DNA from: an uncultured Bacteroidales bacterium
GTDB lineage: Bacteria > Bacteroidota > Bacteroidia > Bacteroidales > UBA7960
Direction: 5' to 3'
Assembly: GCA_964589855.1 (NCBI GenBank)
Contig: CAZPVB010000006.1
Coordinates: 1-54,639, forward strand
DNA: 54,639 nucleotides
Shown: positions 44,960 to 54,639 of the stretch, one piece after another
Numbering within the stretch: position 1 is the stretch's first letter
Layout of the letters: every line of letters begins with the position of its first letter
The notes under the pieces: model-generated
Database searches by the model: none
What the model was told of the DNA's origin: nothing
Seen by the model: the letters and a program-made list of their open reading frames with translations, nothing else
Position numbers and translations under genes: made by a program

Positions 44960-47101
44960 ATGAATACCAAGGAACCTTTCCCCGGCCAGCCTTATCCGTT
45001 AGGGGCTACTTTTGATGGAAGAGGAGTTAACTTTGCCCTGTTTTCAGAAAATGCCACAGCAGTAGAATTGTGCCTTTTCACTGAAGATGGGATGGAAAGT
45101 GAGCGCATAGCGGTAAAAAACCGCACCCACAACCAATGGCACGTTTACATACCGGGCATGAAACCCGGACAGTTATACGGATACAGGGTTTACGGCCCCT
45201 ATGAACCAGAAAACGGGCATCGTTTCAACCCCAACAAATTATGCATTGACCCTTATGCCAAAGCGCTTAGCGGAATTGAAAAATGGAATGATAACCTTTT
45301 TGGATACACCATCGGATCCACAAAGAAAGACCTGTCGATGAGCGAAAGTGACAGTGCTGAATATGTCCCCAAGGCAGTTGTTATTGACGACCACTTTTAC
45401 TGGCATGGCGATACACAACTAAAAATACCCCTTAACAAAACTGTTATTTACGAACTTCACATTAAAGGATTTACAAAAAATTTCCCCGGTATTCCAGAAG
45501 AAATAAAAGGTACTTATGCCGCCATCAGACACCCCGAAGTGATCAGTTATTTAAAAAAACTGGGCGTGAATGCTGTGGAGATCATGCCCGTGCATCATTT
45601 CATTCATGACCGTCATTTGGTTGAGGAAGGGTTATCGAACTACTGGGGTTATAACACCATAAATTTCTTTGCTCCCCATCCTGAATATTCCTCCACATCT
45701 CATGCGGGTGTAGAACAGATTTATGAATTTAAGAATATGGTAAAATCGCTTCATGAGGCAGGTATTGAAGTGATACTGGATGTTGTATACAATCATACCG
45801 GAGAAGGAAATCAGATGGGGCCTACGCTGAGTTTCAGGGGTATTGATAATGCTTCTTATTACAGACTTGTTGCTGACAACAAAAGATACTATATGGATTA
45901 TACCGGCACAGGCAACACGCTGAACACTATCCATCCAACCGTATTGCGTATGATCATGGACAGTTTAAGATATTGGGTTACCGAGATGCATGCAGATGGT
46001 TTCAGATTTGACCTTGCATCGGCATTGGCACGCGAGTTTAGTGATGTTGACAAGTGGGGTTCCTTTTTCGATGTGCTGCATCAGGATCCGGTGCTTTCCA
46101 ATGTAAAACTTATTGCCGAACCCTGGGATATCGGAGAAAACGGCTACCAGGTAGGAAATTTTCCGCAGGGATGGCTCGAATGGAATGGCAGATACCGTGA
46201 CCAGATGCGCGATTTCTGGCGGGGGCAGGGCGAAAGTATGGGAGAGTTTGCATGGCGGTTTTCCGGTAGCTCCGATCTTTATTACGATGACTGGCGCAGA
46301 CCTGTGGCATCTATCAATTTTATTACTGCTCACGATGGTTTTACCTTACGCGACCTGGTATCTTACAATGAAAAACATAATGAAGCCAACGGAGAAAACA
46401 ACAACGATGGAGAAAGTCATAACCGCTCCTGGAATTGCGGACATGAAGGAGACACTGAAGATGATCAGATAAATAAACTCCGCAAAAAACAGGTTCGTAA
46501 CTTTTTAAGTACACTCTTTCTTTCTCAGGGCATACCCATGCTTGTAGCGGGTGATGAATCCGGACGCACACAAAACGGAAATAATAATGCTTATTGCCAG
46601 GATAATGAGATTTCATGGATCGATTGGGAAAATAAAGATGAGCAATTGATAAATTTTACCTCATCACTTATACACCTGAGAATGAATCATAATGTCTTCT
46701 CGCGTTTGCAATGGTTTAAATATGAAACCATAAACGGTAGCAAAGTAAAAGACATAGAGTGGTTTATGCCTCACGGAGACATTATGACCATTGAAGATTG
46801 GGAAAATAAAAAATTAAAATCTATTGGTGTTTATTTATCAGGTGAGGGTATACTGGGACTTACCCAGGAAGGTAAAAAAATCAAAGACGATAATTTTTAT
46901 ATCATCTTCAATGCCCATCACCAAAAGCAAAAATTTAAACTCCCGCCTGAAGAATGGGCCGATGAATGGATTTTAATCATGGACACTGATGCAGGTTATT
47001 TTTATGCTGAAAATCATCAGAAATATAAAGCAGAGGAAGAAGTAACCGCCCAGGAGCGTTCTGTTATTTTGTTGATGAATCCAGCAGGACATCATTCCTG
47101 A
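44960..47101 (+). CDS. glgX: Glycogen debranching enzyme (GH13; GlgX/TreX)
   Basis: Motifs PYPLGAT, NYWGYNT, DVVYNHTGEG, DGFRFDLAS, IAEPWD and TAHDGFTL. Confidence 0.95.
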   Translation: MNTKEPFPGQPYPLGATFDGRGVNFALFSENATAVELCLFTEDGMESERIAVKNRTHNQWHVYIPGMKPGQLYGYRVYGPYEPENGHRFNPNKLCIDPYAKALSGIEKWNDNLFGYTIGSTKKDLSMSESDSAEYVPKAVVIDDHFYWHGDTQLKIPLNKTVIYELHIKGFTKNFPGIPEEIKGTYAAIRHPEVISYLKKLGVNAVEIMPVHHFIHDRHLVEEGLSNYWGYNTINFFAPHPEYSSTSHAGVEQIYEFKNMVKSLHEAGIEVILDVVYNHTGEGNQMGPTLSFRGIDNASYYRLVADNKRYYMDYTGTGNTLNTIHPTVLRMIMDSLRYWVTEMHADGFRFDLASALAREFSDVDKWGSFFDVLHQDPVLSNVKLIAEPWDIGENGYQVGNFPQGWLEWNGRYRDQMRDFWRGQGESMGEFAWRFSGSSDLYYDDWRRPVASINFITAHDGFTLRDLVSYNEKHNEANGENNNDGESHNRSWNCGHEGDTEDDQINKLRKKQVRNFLSTLFLSQGIPMLVAGDESGRTQNGNNNAYCQDNEISWIDWENKDEQLINFTSSLIHLRMNHNVFSRLQWFKYETINGSKVKDIEWFMPHGDIMTIEDWENKKLKSIGVYLSGEGILGLTQEGKKIKDDNFYIIFNAHHQKQKFKLPPEEWADEWILIMDTDAGYFYAENHQKYKAEEEVTAQERSVILLMNPAGHHS

Positions 47102-47263
47102 TAACACAAAGATAATCAACACCGCATCAACAGGATCAGGATAAAGATAGCATTACCTAAAACGATTATGATCATTTTGGGCTCGTGAAAGTCATAAGAA
47201 AAAAAACATGAATAACGAGATTTATCATTTATTTTACAAACCTGAAATTGAAACCTTAAAGAT

Positions 47264-49129
47264 ATGAATCACCAGATAACCAACAAACGAGATATAGGCA
47301 TCAATTTCCACCACGATATAGAACCCACGGCCAAAGTATGGGCACCACATGCCAAACAATTGCAATTAGAAATACAAAACAAGAAAGCTGTTTGCCTTAA
47401 AAAGGAAAATTTTGGTTTTTGGTATGCCGCCTGTCCGAATCTGGTTCCCGGCGACAGATACAAGATCAGGATCAACGGTAAGGATAGTTACCCCGATCCT
47501 GCATCGTTATCGCAACCTGCAGGAGTGCACGGTTATTCTGAGGCGCTGGATTTAAACCATATCAGCACCATCAGAGATAAAAACTGGAGAGGTATACCAC
47601 AGGAAAAGCTGATCATTTATGAATTGCACACAGGTACATTTACTCCGGAAGGCATCTTTGATGCAATTATCAGAAAACTGCACCATTTAAAAACCCTGGG
47701 TGTTAATGCCATCGAAATAATGCCGGTGGCAACTTTCCCCGGAAACCGAAACTGGGGTTACGATGGTGTTTATCCTTTTGCTGTTCATCATGCTTACGGT
47801 GGAGCAAAAAAACTGGCAGAACTGGTAAAAGCCTGCCACCAGGAAGGGTTTGCTGTGATATTGGATGTGGTTTATAACCATTTAGGACCCGAAGGAAATT
47901 ACCTGAATGCCTTTGGTCCTTACTTTACAAAAAAATACAAAACACCCTGGGGTGATGCCGTTAATTTTGATGATGCCTGGTGTGATGGAGTAAGAGATTA
48001 TTTTCTTGAAAATGCCATGATGTGGTTGCGCGATTTTCACATCGACGGATTAAGGCTGGATGCCGTGCATGCTATCAAAGATTTTGGCCCGAAACATTTT
48101 TTGAAAGAGCTCAGCGAAAATGTAGAAAAACTCAACCGCCAAACCGGTTTCAAGCATTTTCTGATTGCCGAATGCGACCTGAACGACACCCGGTACATCA
48201 AGCCAATGCAAGAATGTGGCTATGGAATGCATGCACAATGGTGCGACGAATGGCACCATGCTTTACATGCGCTCATTACAGAAGAAAACAGAGGTTATTA
48301 TTCCGATTTTGGCGAGATCAGGCATCTGGCAAAATCTTTCAGACATGCCTATGTGTATGATGGGATTTTTTCCCAACACAGAAAAAAAATATTCGGTACA
48401 TCTACTTCCGAAATCCCCGGAAGCAAGTTTGTGATTTTCAATCAGAACCACGACCAGGTTGGTAACCGGATGAACGGAGAAAGACTTAGCCAACTCACTG
48501 ATTTTGAAACCTTAAAATTAACAGCTGCGGCAACACTTTTTTCACCTTTTGTTCCTATGCTTTTTATGGGAGAAGAGTTTGCTGAAGACAATCCCTTTCT
48601 TTATTTCATCAGTCATACGGATAAAAATCTGGTTGAAAAAGTTAGAAAAGGACGTAAAAAAGAATTTCGCGCTTTCATTGAAGATGCACAACCACCCGAT
48701 CCCTTCGCTGAAGAAACTTTTTTAAAGTCGAAACTTAACTGGAATTTCCAGCAAAATAGCAAAAAACAATACATGTTTGAGTATTATCAAGAATGTATCG
48801 CCATAAGAAAAGAAAATCCTTTGATAAATGACTGCGATCGAAAAAACCTTTTGGTGAGAGAAAGTGAATCAGGAAATATTATCATTTTATTTTACCATGC
48901 CGGAAAAGAAAGTTTTTCCGTAATCCTAAACTTCTCTGAAAACCCCGTTTCCGACACCATAGAAGAAGCTGCCAGTTTTAAGACTAAAACAATATTATAT
49001 TCGGCTCACAAAAAATGGGGCGGACCTGTCGAAGATGAGGGCAAACCACTGATAACTTCCCAAAATATAACACGAATAAATATGGCACCAAGGTCTGCCG
49101 CTCTCACAAGCAACACTTTAATCATCTGA
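47264..49129 (+). CDS. treZ: Malto-oligosyltrehalose trehalohydrolase
   Basis: Motifs PDPAS..QP.GVHG, RNWGYDGV, DVVYNHLGPEGNYL, DGLRLDAVHAI and QNHDQVGNR. Confidence 0.94.
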   Translation: MNHQITNKRDIGINFHHDIEPTAKVWAPHAKQLQLEIQNKKAVCLKKENFGFWYAACPNLVPGDRYKIRINGKDSYPDPASLSQPAGVHGYSEALDLNHISTIRDKNWRGIPQEKLIIYELHTGTFTPEGIFDAIIRKLHHLKTLGVNAIEIMPVATFPGNRNWGYDGVYPFAVHHAYGGAKKLAELVKACHQEGFAVILDVVYNHLGPEGNYLNAFGPYFTKKYKTPWGDAVNFDDAWCDGVRDYFLENAMMWLRDFHIDGLRLDAVHAIKDFGPKHFLKELSENVEKLNRQTGFKHFLIAECDLNDTRYIKPMQECGYGMHAQWCDEWHHALHALITEENRGYYSDFGEIRHLAKSFRHAYVYDGIFSQHRKKIFGTSTSEIPGSKFVIFNQNHDQVGNRMNGERLSQLTDFETLKLTAAATLFSPFVPMLFMGEEFAEDNPFLYFISHTDKNLVEKVRKGRKKEFRAFIEDAQPPDPFAEETFLKSKLNWNFQQNSKKQYMFEYYQECIAIRKENPLINDCDRKNLLVRESESGNIIILFYHAGKESFSVILNFSENPVSDTIEEAASFKTKTILYSAHKKWGGPVEDEGKPLITSQNITRINMAPRSAALTSNTLII

Positions 49130-49180
49130 ACAACCCCACTTATATTTTTCATTTTTTAATGGTAAAAATCATCTGGCAAT

Positions 49181-51919
49181 ATGTATAATCCTGTTTCAAC
49201 TTATCGTTTGCAGTTCAATAAGTCATTTCAGATTCGTGACCTGAAACAGCACATTAATTATTTATCAGATTTAGGTATAAAAACCATTTATGCATCACCA
49301 ATATTTGCCGCTACACCGGGAAGCGATCATGGGTATGATGTGATTGATCCCACTGTTTTTAATCCTGAAATTACCACCGAAAAAGAATTTTTGTCACTGG
49401 CAAAAACGATTCAGAAAAAAGGGATGGGTTGGTTGCAGGATATTGTGCCCAACCATATGGCTTTTCATAGCGAAAATCATTGGTTGATGGATGTATTAGA
49501 AAAAGGGTTAAAATCTGATTATTATCCGGTATTTGATATACAACCCGATGTATTTCGGCAGGGAAAACCTTTAATGATTCCTTTTCTTGGAGTGAGTAAC
49601 GAAGAAGCAATTAAAAATAAGGAACTAAAACTGGGCTGGCATAAAGGAAATTTTGCCATTTACTATTACGAAAACAAGTATCCTGTAAATTTTGAAACTT
49701 TCCGCTTTATTGTTCAACCCTTTTTGACAGATGCACCAGTATCATTTCAGCAAATATGGAAAAGTGAAAATCTCGATACTCAGACACCCGGCAAAAAATT
49801 CCTGAAAACAGAGTGGGAAAATGCAAAAAAGATAATGCAGCATCTGTTTTCTTCCAGCGAAGCCTATTCAGGATTTATTGATAAGATTACTGAACCTTAC
49901 AACCAATCTGCTCAAAAGATGGCATCGCTGCTAAAAATGCAACATTACGAACTTTGCCATTGGCAGGAAACAGAAAAAAGGATCAATTACCGGCGGTTTT
50001 TCACCGTTAATGGACTAATTTGTTTAAGGATAGAAGATGAAAAAGTGTTTAACAAATATCATCAGTATATCAAAAAAATGATCAAAAAAGGACATTTTTC
50101 AGGTTTGAGGATCGATCATATTGATGGATTGAATAATCCCAACGAATACCTTATAAAGTTAAGGGATATGGTGGGAGATTCGACATATATAGTAGCAGAA
50201 AAGATCCTTGAAAGCGATGAGGAGCTCCCCCCCTTCTGGTCGTTGCAGGGAGACACCGGATACGATTTCCTTTCTACTGTAAACAATCTATTTACCCATG
50301 TAAAAAACTACCAAAAGCTGCGCGGTTTGTATAAACAGGTAACCAACATCAGGAAAAACCCCAACCAGTTAATTTATGAGAACAAAAAAATGATTCTGGA
50401 AACACGCATGCATGGCGAATGGGATAATATATCAAACCTGTTTCATGAAATGGGCTTTATTGATTATGAAAAAGAAAAAAGCATAACACCCGGAAATATA
50501 AACCAGTCTATTGGTGAATTTATGCTTGCATGCCCGGTTTACAGGCTTTATCCCAGAAACTTCCCATTGGGAGGAAGCAACAGAGAGATTGTAGAGCAAA
50601 TCTTTGAAAAAGCAAAAAAACGCAGACCCGACATCTTACCCTCTCTGGAGAAATTAGAACGGGTATTGCTTTCTCTGGATGATAAATCGGATGCATACAG
50701 CGCCAAACTCGAAAAGTTTTTTGCACGCCTGATGCAATTTACCGGTCCGTTAATGGCCAAAGGTGTTGAAGATACTTCCATGTATCAGTACAACTGTTTT
50801 ATTGCACACAATGAAGTAGGCGATGCCATCAATGCCAAAGGGATCAGCATCGAAGATTATCACCGGATCATGATCAGAAGAAATAAAAACTGGCCTCTGA
50901 CCATGAGCACCACCTCTACCCACGACACCAAAAGAGGTGAAGACGTAAGAGCCCGACTGAATGTAATTAGTGTTCTATCTGACCAGTGGGAAGAAAATGT
51001 GCGCAGGTGGATGACCATGAACCATAAAATGAAGATAAAACTGGAAACCGGATTCCTTGAACCCTCACTGAGTGTTGAGTATTTTATTTATCAAACATTA
51101 CTGGGAACGTTTCCCTTTAGCGGAAAATATAATAAAAATTACCTGAACAGGATTGACGAATATATGGTAAAAGCACTCAGAGAAGCGAAAAGAAAAGTAA
51201 GTTGGAGAGACCCTGACGAAACCTATGAGAATACGGTTTGTGAATTCATAAGACAGATACTGAACCCGCAGCATACGTTCCTGAAATCTTTCCAGTCTTT
51301 TCATCAAAAAGTTATCTGGAGAGGCATTGTCAACTCGTTATCGCAACTAACACTCAAATTTACCAGCCCCGGAACACCTGATATTTATCAGGGTACTGAA
51401 TTCTGGGATCTTTCCCTTGTTGATCCAGACAACAGGCAACCCGTTGATTACCCAAAGAGGTCAAAAATGTTAAAAGAGACAACGCAGGCATTTAACAAAA
51501 ACCCTGAAAAAACCATCTCCAAGCTTCATAACAACCCGTTTGATGGCAGAATCAAACTCCTGCTGACGCATCTTTTGCTGAATGAAAGAAAGGAAAGAGC
51601 GTCTCTATATGCCAAAGGAAATTATATCCCCGTTGAAACCAAAGGTATAATGAAAGATCAGGTGATAGCCTATGCCAGAAATTTGGATGATGACTGGGCT
51701 ATAACTATCGTGCCTGTAATAACAGAAAACATAAATCCTGAAAAGGAAAAGGATTTTTTCAACCAATTTCCCTGGGGAGATACCTGTATCGTTTTTCCGG
51801 AAAACGCACCCAAAAAATGGAAAAACCTTCCCACTGGCAAAAAATTCACCAACAATGGAGAACTGGTTTTAAAAGAGATCTTCAACAGTGTATCGGTTGC
51901 TATTCTTATAAACCAATAA
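49181..51919 (+). CDS. treY: Malto-oligosyltrehalose synthase
   Basis: Motifs PVSTYRLQF, GSDHGYDV, DIVPNHM, INYRRFF, GLRIDHIDGL, STHDTKRGEDVRAR and SLVDPDNR. Confidence 0.95.
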   Translation: MYNPVSTYRLQFNKSFQIRDLKQHINYLSDLGIKTIYASPIFAATPGSDHGYDVIDPTVFNPEITTEKEFLSLAKTIQKKGMGWLQDIVPNHMAFHSENHWLMDVLEKGLKSDYYPVFDIQPDVFRQGKPLMIPFLGVSNEEAIKNKELKLGWHKGNFAIYYYENKYPVNFETFRFIVQPFLTDAPVSFQQIWKSENLDTQTPGKKFLKTEWENAKKIMQHLFSSSEAYSGFIDKITEPYNQSAQKMASLLKMQHYELCHWQETEKRINYRRFFTVNGLICLRIEDEKVFNKYHQYIKKMIKKGHFSGLRIDHIDGLNNPNEYLIKLRDMVGDSTYIVAEKILESDEELPPFWSLQGDTGYDFLSTVNNLFTHVKNYQKLRGLYKQVTNIRKNPNQLIYENKKMILETRMHGEWDNISNLFHEMGFIDYEKEKSITPGNINQSIGEFMLACPVYRLYPRNFPLGGSNREIVEQIFEKAKKRRPDILPSLEKLERVLLSLDDKSDAYSAKLEKFFARLMQFTGPLMAKGVEDTSMYQYNCFIAHNEVGDAINAKGISIEDYHRIMIRRNKNWPLTMSTTSTHDTKRGEDVRARLNVISVLSDQWEENVRRWMTMNHKMKIKLETGFLEPSLSVEYFIYQTLLGTFPFSGKYNKNYLNRIDEYMVKALREAKRKVSWRDPDETYENTVCEFIRQILNPQHTFLKSFQSFHQKVIWRGIVNSLSQLTLKFTSPGTPDIYQGTEFWDLSLVDPDNRQPVDYPKRSKMLKETTQAFNKNPEKTISKLHNNPFDGRIKLLLTHLLLNERKERASLYAKGNYIPVETKGIMKDQVIAYARNLDDDWAITIVPVITENINPEKEKDFFNQFPWGDTCIVFPENAPKKWKNLPTGKKFTNNGELVLKEIFNSVSVAILINQ

Positions 51920-52032
51920 AAAATTCTTTGAATCTGCATCCTGCACATTTCCAAACAAAAATAAAAAAACAGATTATGATCCGTGAGAGAAAACTGAAAC
52001 AATAACCTTTGGCTATCCGTTAAACAAATCAA

Positions 52033-52452
52033 TCAAAAATCCGGTCTTTTACGGTCTGCTTTTTTCTGTGAATGCCTCATCTTATTTTCTTTTCTTTTCA
52101 TTCTTGAACGAAAGCTGGGTTTTGTAGATATCCTCTTTTTCGGTGGAGTAAGAGATTGAATGATCAGGGTTCTGAATTTATCTATGCAATCTTTCCTGTT
52201 TTTATTTTGCGACCGGGTTTTTTCTGAAGTGATAATCAGGCATTTTTCTTTTGTCAAACGATTCGAGAGTTTTTCGAGGAGAATCTCTTTTTCTTCAGCA
52301 GAAAGCACCTCAGATTCAGAAATACAAAACCTTAGTTCTACCCTTGTATTCACCTTATTTACATGCTGCCCTCCTGCGCCACTGCTTCTGCTGGCAACAA
52401 ATGCAAGTTCGGAAAGCAACCTGTCTGCCAGTTCCGTAATATCCTTCAGCAT
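52033..52452 (-). CDS. arfB: Alternative ribosome rescue factor B (peptidyl-tRNA hydrolase)
   Basis: RSSGAGGQHVNKV (GGQ motif), RSQxxN and a basic C-terminal tail. Confidence 0.93.
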   Translation of the reverse strand: MLKDITELADRLLSELAFVASRSSGAGGQHVNKVNTRVELRFCISESEVLSAEEKEILLEKLSNRLTKEKCLIITSEKTRSQNKNRKDCIDKFRTLIIQSLTPPKKRISTKPSFRSRMKRKENKMRHSQKKADRKRPDF

Positions 52453-52756
52453 AACAATCCCAAATAATATGTAAAAAAAAAGAATTTATCTGCAAAACTA
52501 CTGAAATACTGCTTGCAAGAAAACTGCCATTTATTGTGGTAGATTAGAAAATCTTCACAATAATACTTTCGTTGTTTTCGTCCTTACCCATGATGGTGAT
52601 GTCAAGGCGTATTTCTTTTGTTCTCTGATAAAAAAACAGAAACCAAACTTTCCATCAATTAAAACAAGATAGTAGAAATAATTTTTACGCTCATGCTGAA
52701 ATAAAAAAAGTTTTCAGTAAAATTATTTGTAGTTTTATAAAAGATTAGGAAAACCT

Positions 52757-54639
52757 ATGAGGCAAATCATAAAAAAGCACAGTGTTGTAATTATCATTTT
52801 ATTATGCAGCAGCATTTCTTTCACTGGCAACGCCAATCAACGGTATGAAAACAGCAAAACTGTACCCTCTGTTGATAGTTTGCTTGAACAAAGCTGGAAT
52901 TTACGAAACGCAGATCCGGATTACTCCTTGCATTTATCCTTAGCAGCCATTGAGCATTCCCTGGAGATGGAAGATTATTACAATCTGGCAAAAGCGCATA
53001 GCTTTGCAGGAGTTGCATCCCGCATCATGGGAAACTACAACCGGGCAATTGAGTATTTTTTTGAAGGATTGCATCTGTCAAAAGAGCATCATATTCCTGA
53101 GCAGGAAGGATATGCCTATATCAACATTGCCAATTTGTATCTTTATTTACAATACTACAACCAGGCACTGGAAAACCTGGAGGAGGCACTTACAATTGCC
53201 CTGGAAATTGACAATAAGAATATGCTTGGATATATCTATTTGTATCAGGGCAGGGCGGAGATGAACCTTCATGACTACGAAAATGCCATTGAAAGCATCA
53301 ATAAATCGCTGGAGATCCGAGAGGAACAAAACAATGTAGCCGGACAGGCAGTAAATTATAAATATTTGGGGGATTTGTACCTGCAAACAAACCGCGAGAG
53401 CGAAGCACTGGTCAATTACCAAAAAGCGATCGAACCAGCAAACAACAGCAAGGATAAAGATTTGCTGGGAAACATTTACATTAAAATTGCACAGATTTAT
53501 TGCAGGGAGCAGAATTATGAACAAGCAGTAGAAATGGCCAACAGATCGCTTGAAATAGGTAAACAAACCCATGCCAAACCTATTGTTCTTGATGCGCTGA
53601 AGATTCTGGAAAAGGATGCCCTGAATGATGAGAACTACAGGCAAGCCAATCATTACCAGCAACAAATTCAACTTTATCAGGATTCTATTTTCAACCAGCA
53701 ACTCAATGAAAAAGTGCTGGTACTTGAATTTGAAATGGAACAGCAGAAAAAACAGGCAGAACTGGCTTTAATGGAAAAAGAAAAAGAATTAAAAGCCCTG
53801 AATTTTAGCAAACAAAAGCAAATCAACAGAATCCTCATTGGATTTTTGGTGTTGTTTTTTCTGGCAGGAGTAATCTTGTATATTTTATTAAGAAAAATCG
53901 AAACAAAAAATAAATTACTCCATTCGCAAAAAGAAGAGTTGAAGCAAATCAATCTGGCAAAAAACAAAATGCTGATGATTATTGGTCACGATCTGCGAAA
54001 CCCGGTATGGAACCTCAAAGCCTTGATTGAGTTATTCAAAGAGGAATACAGCTTTGAAGATTCAGAAATAAACGAAAGCATTATGACCATGTCGAGATCA
54101 GCACAGTCTATATCAGACCTTTTGGAGAACTTGCTTTATTGGGCAAAATCGCAGGATGGCAGGCTGGTATTCAATCCTAAAGAGATCAAACCCGGTGAAA
54201 TTTTGACCAAAATATTGCAGGATTATGAGCACTGGGTGCGTTTTAAAAATATGCAAATCGAAAATTCCATCGATGAACAATGCGTTATAGTGGGAGATGC
54301 ACAAATGATATCAGCTGTTTTCAGGAATCTGATATCTAATGCCATTAAATTTAGCCAGAAAGGAGGCACTATTAATATTGAATTGCACAAAAAGGAGCAT
54401 GACTGTGTTTTTTCAGTAAAAGACCATGGCATTGGTTTTCAACCTCAAAAATTGCAGTATCTTCGGAAAGGTCTTTTTTCGGATGCAAAGAAAGGCACCG
54501 GCAATGAGCCCGGATCAGGTATAGGACTATCCTTGTGCTTCGATTTTATTGAAAAACATAGTGGAAACTTACACATAGAAAGTCAGGAAAATGCAGGCAG
54601 TACATTCTCTTTCACCATACCTTTGCTTAAACCAGACAA
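52757..54639 (+). CDS. TPR-containing sensor histidine kinase (3' end runs off the window)
   Basis: Manual translation from ATG 52757 (MRQIIKKHSVVIIILLC...): periplasmic TPRs, TM ILIGFLVLFFLAGVILYILL, H-box IGHDLRNP, N-box RNLISNAIKF, DHGIG and GSGIGL. Absent from the ORF track because there is no stop in the window. Confidence 0.9.
   Translation, partial: MRQIIKKHSVVIIILLCSSISFTGNANQRYENSKTVPSVDSLLEQSWNLRNADPDYSLHLSLAAIEHSLEMEDYYNLAKAHSFAGVASRIMGNYNRAIEYFFEGLHLSKEHHIPEQEGYAYINIANLYLYLQYYNQALENLEEALTIALEIDNKNMLGYIYLYQGRAEMNLHDYENAIESINKSLEIREEQNNVAGQAVNYKYLGDLYLQTNRESEALVNYQKAIEPANNSKDKDLLGNIYIKIAQIYCREQNYEQAVEMANRSLEIGKQTHAKPIVLDALKILEKDALNDENYRQANHYQQQIQLYQDSIFNQQLNEKVLVLEFEMEQQKKQAELALMEKEKELKALNFSKQKQINRILIGFLVLFFLAGVILYILLRKIETKNKLLHSQKEELKQINLAKNKMLMIIGHDLRNPVWNLKALIELFKEEYSFEDSEINESIMTMSRSAQSISDLLENLLYWAKSQDGRLVFNPKEIKPGEILTKILQDYEHWVRFKNMQIENSIDEQCVIVGDAQMISAVFRNLISNAIKFSQKGGTINIELHKKEHDCVFSVKDHGIGFQPQKLQYLRKGLFSDAKKGTGNEPGSGIGLSLCFDFIEKHSGNLHIESQENAGSTFSFTIPLLKPD

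Noticed and set aside
52505-52620. Possible fourth, very degenerate family B copy (TGCTTGCAAGAAAACTGCCA)
   Set aside because: Only about 20 nt of one end is similar; not distinguishable from chance by eye.
53147-53701. 184-aa minus-strand ORF and neighbouring short ORFs
   Set aside because: Antisense to the histidine kinase reading frame starting at 52757, which has all the conserved boxes.

Overview
Chromosomal window from a Bacteroidota bacterium, probably Bacteroidales/Marinilabiliales-like (TAnnTTTG promoters, a T9SS substrate, lipoproteins). The left edge carries a truncated GH106-like lipoprotein and a sulfatase. A 19.9 kb gene then encodes a 6621-aa T9SS surface protein: six ~537-aa Ig plus beta-helix modules, seven CARDB repeats, and a PGRS-like Gly / Pro / cationic Cys-rich cassette. 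After ferredoxin and korAB comes the most interesting locus: a divergent triad of an atypical ECF-like sigma factor, a Zn-finger transmembrane anti-sigma and a signal-peptide-bearing TPR-CHAT (caspase-like) protease with an intact His/Cys dyad. This suggests a periplasmic proteolytic signalling system. The rest is mostly housekeeping or metabolic: Gfo/Idh/MocA plus DUF1080, cupin, comEC, a TPR protein, GH73-LysM, rsmG, Crp/Fnr plus DUF2892, pepD, glgX-treZ-treY, arfB and a truncated TPR histidine kinase. Two unannotated small dispersed repeat families occur in intergenic DNA: a ~137 bp MITE with 6-bp target duplications (2 copies) and a ~130 bp structured element (3 copies). No rRNA, tRNA, CRISPR array or transposase was seen. 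All calls rest on manual motif recognition; no searches were run.
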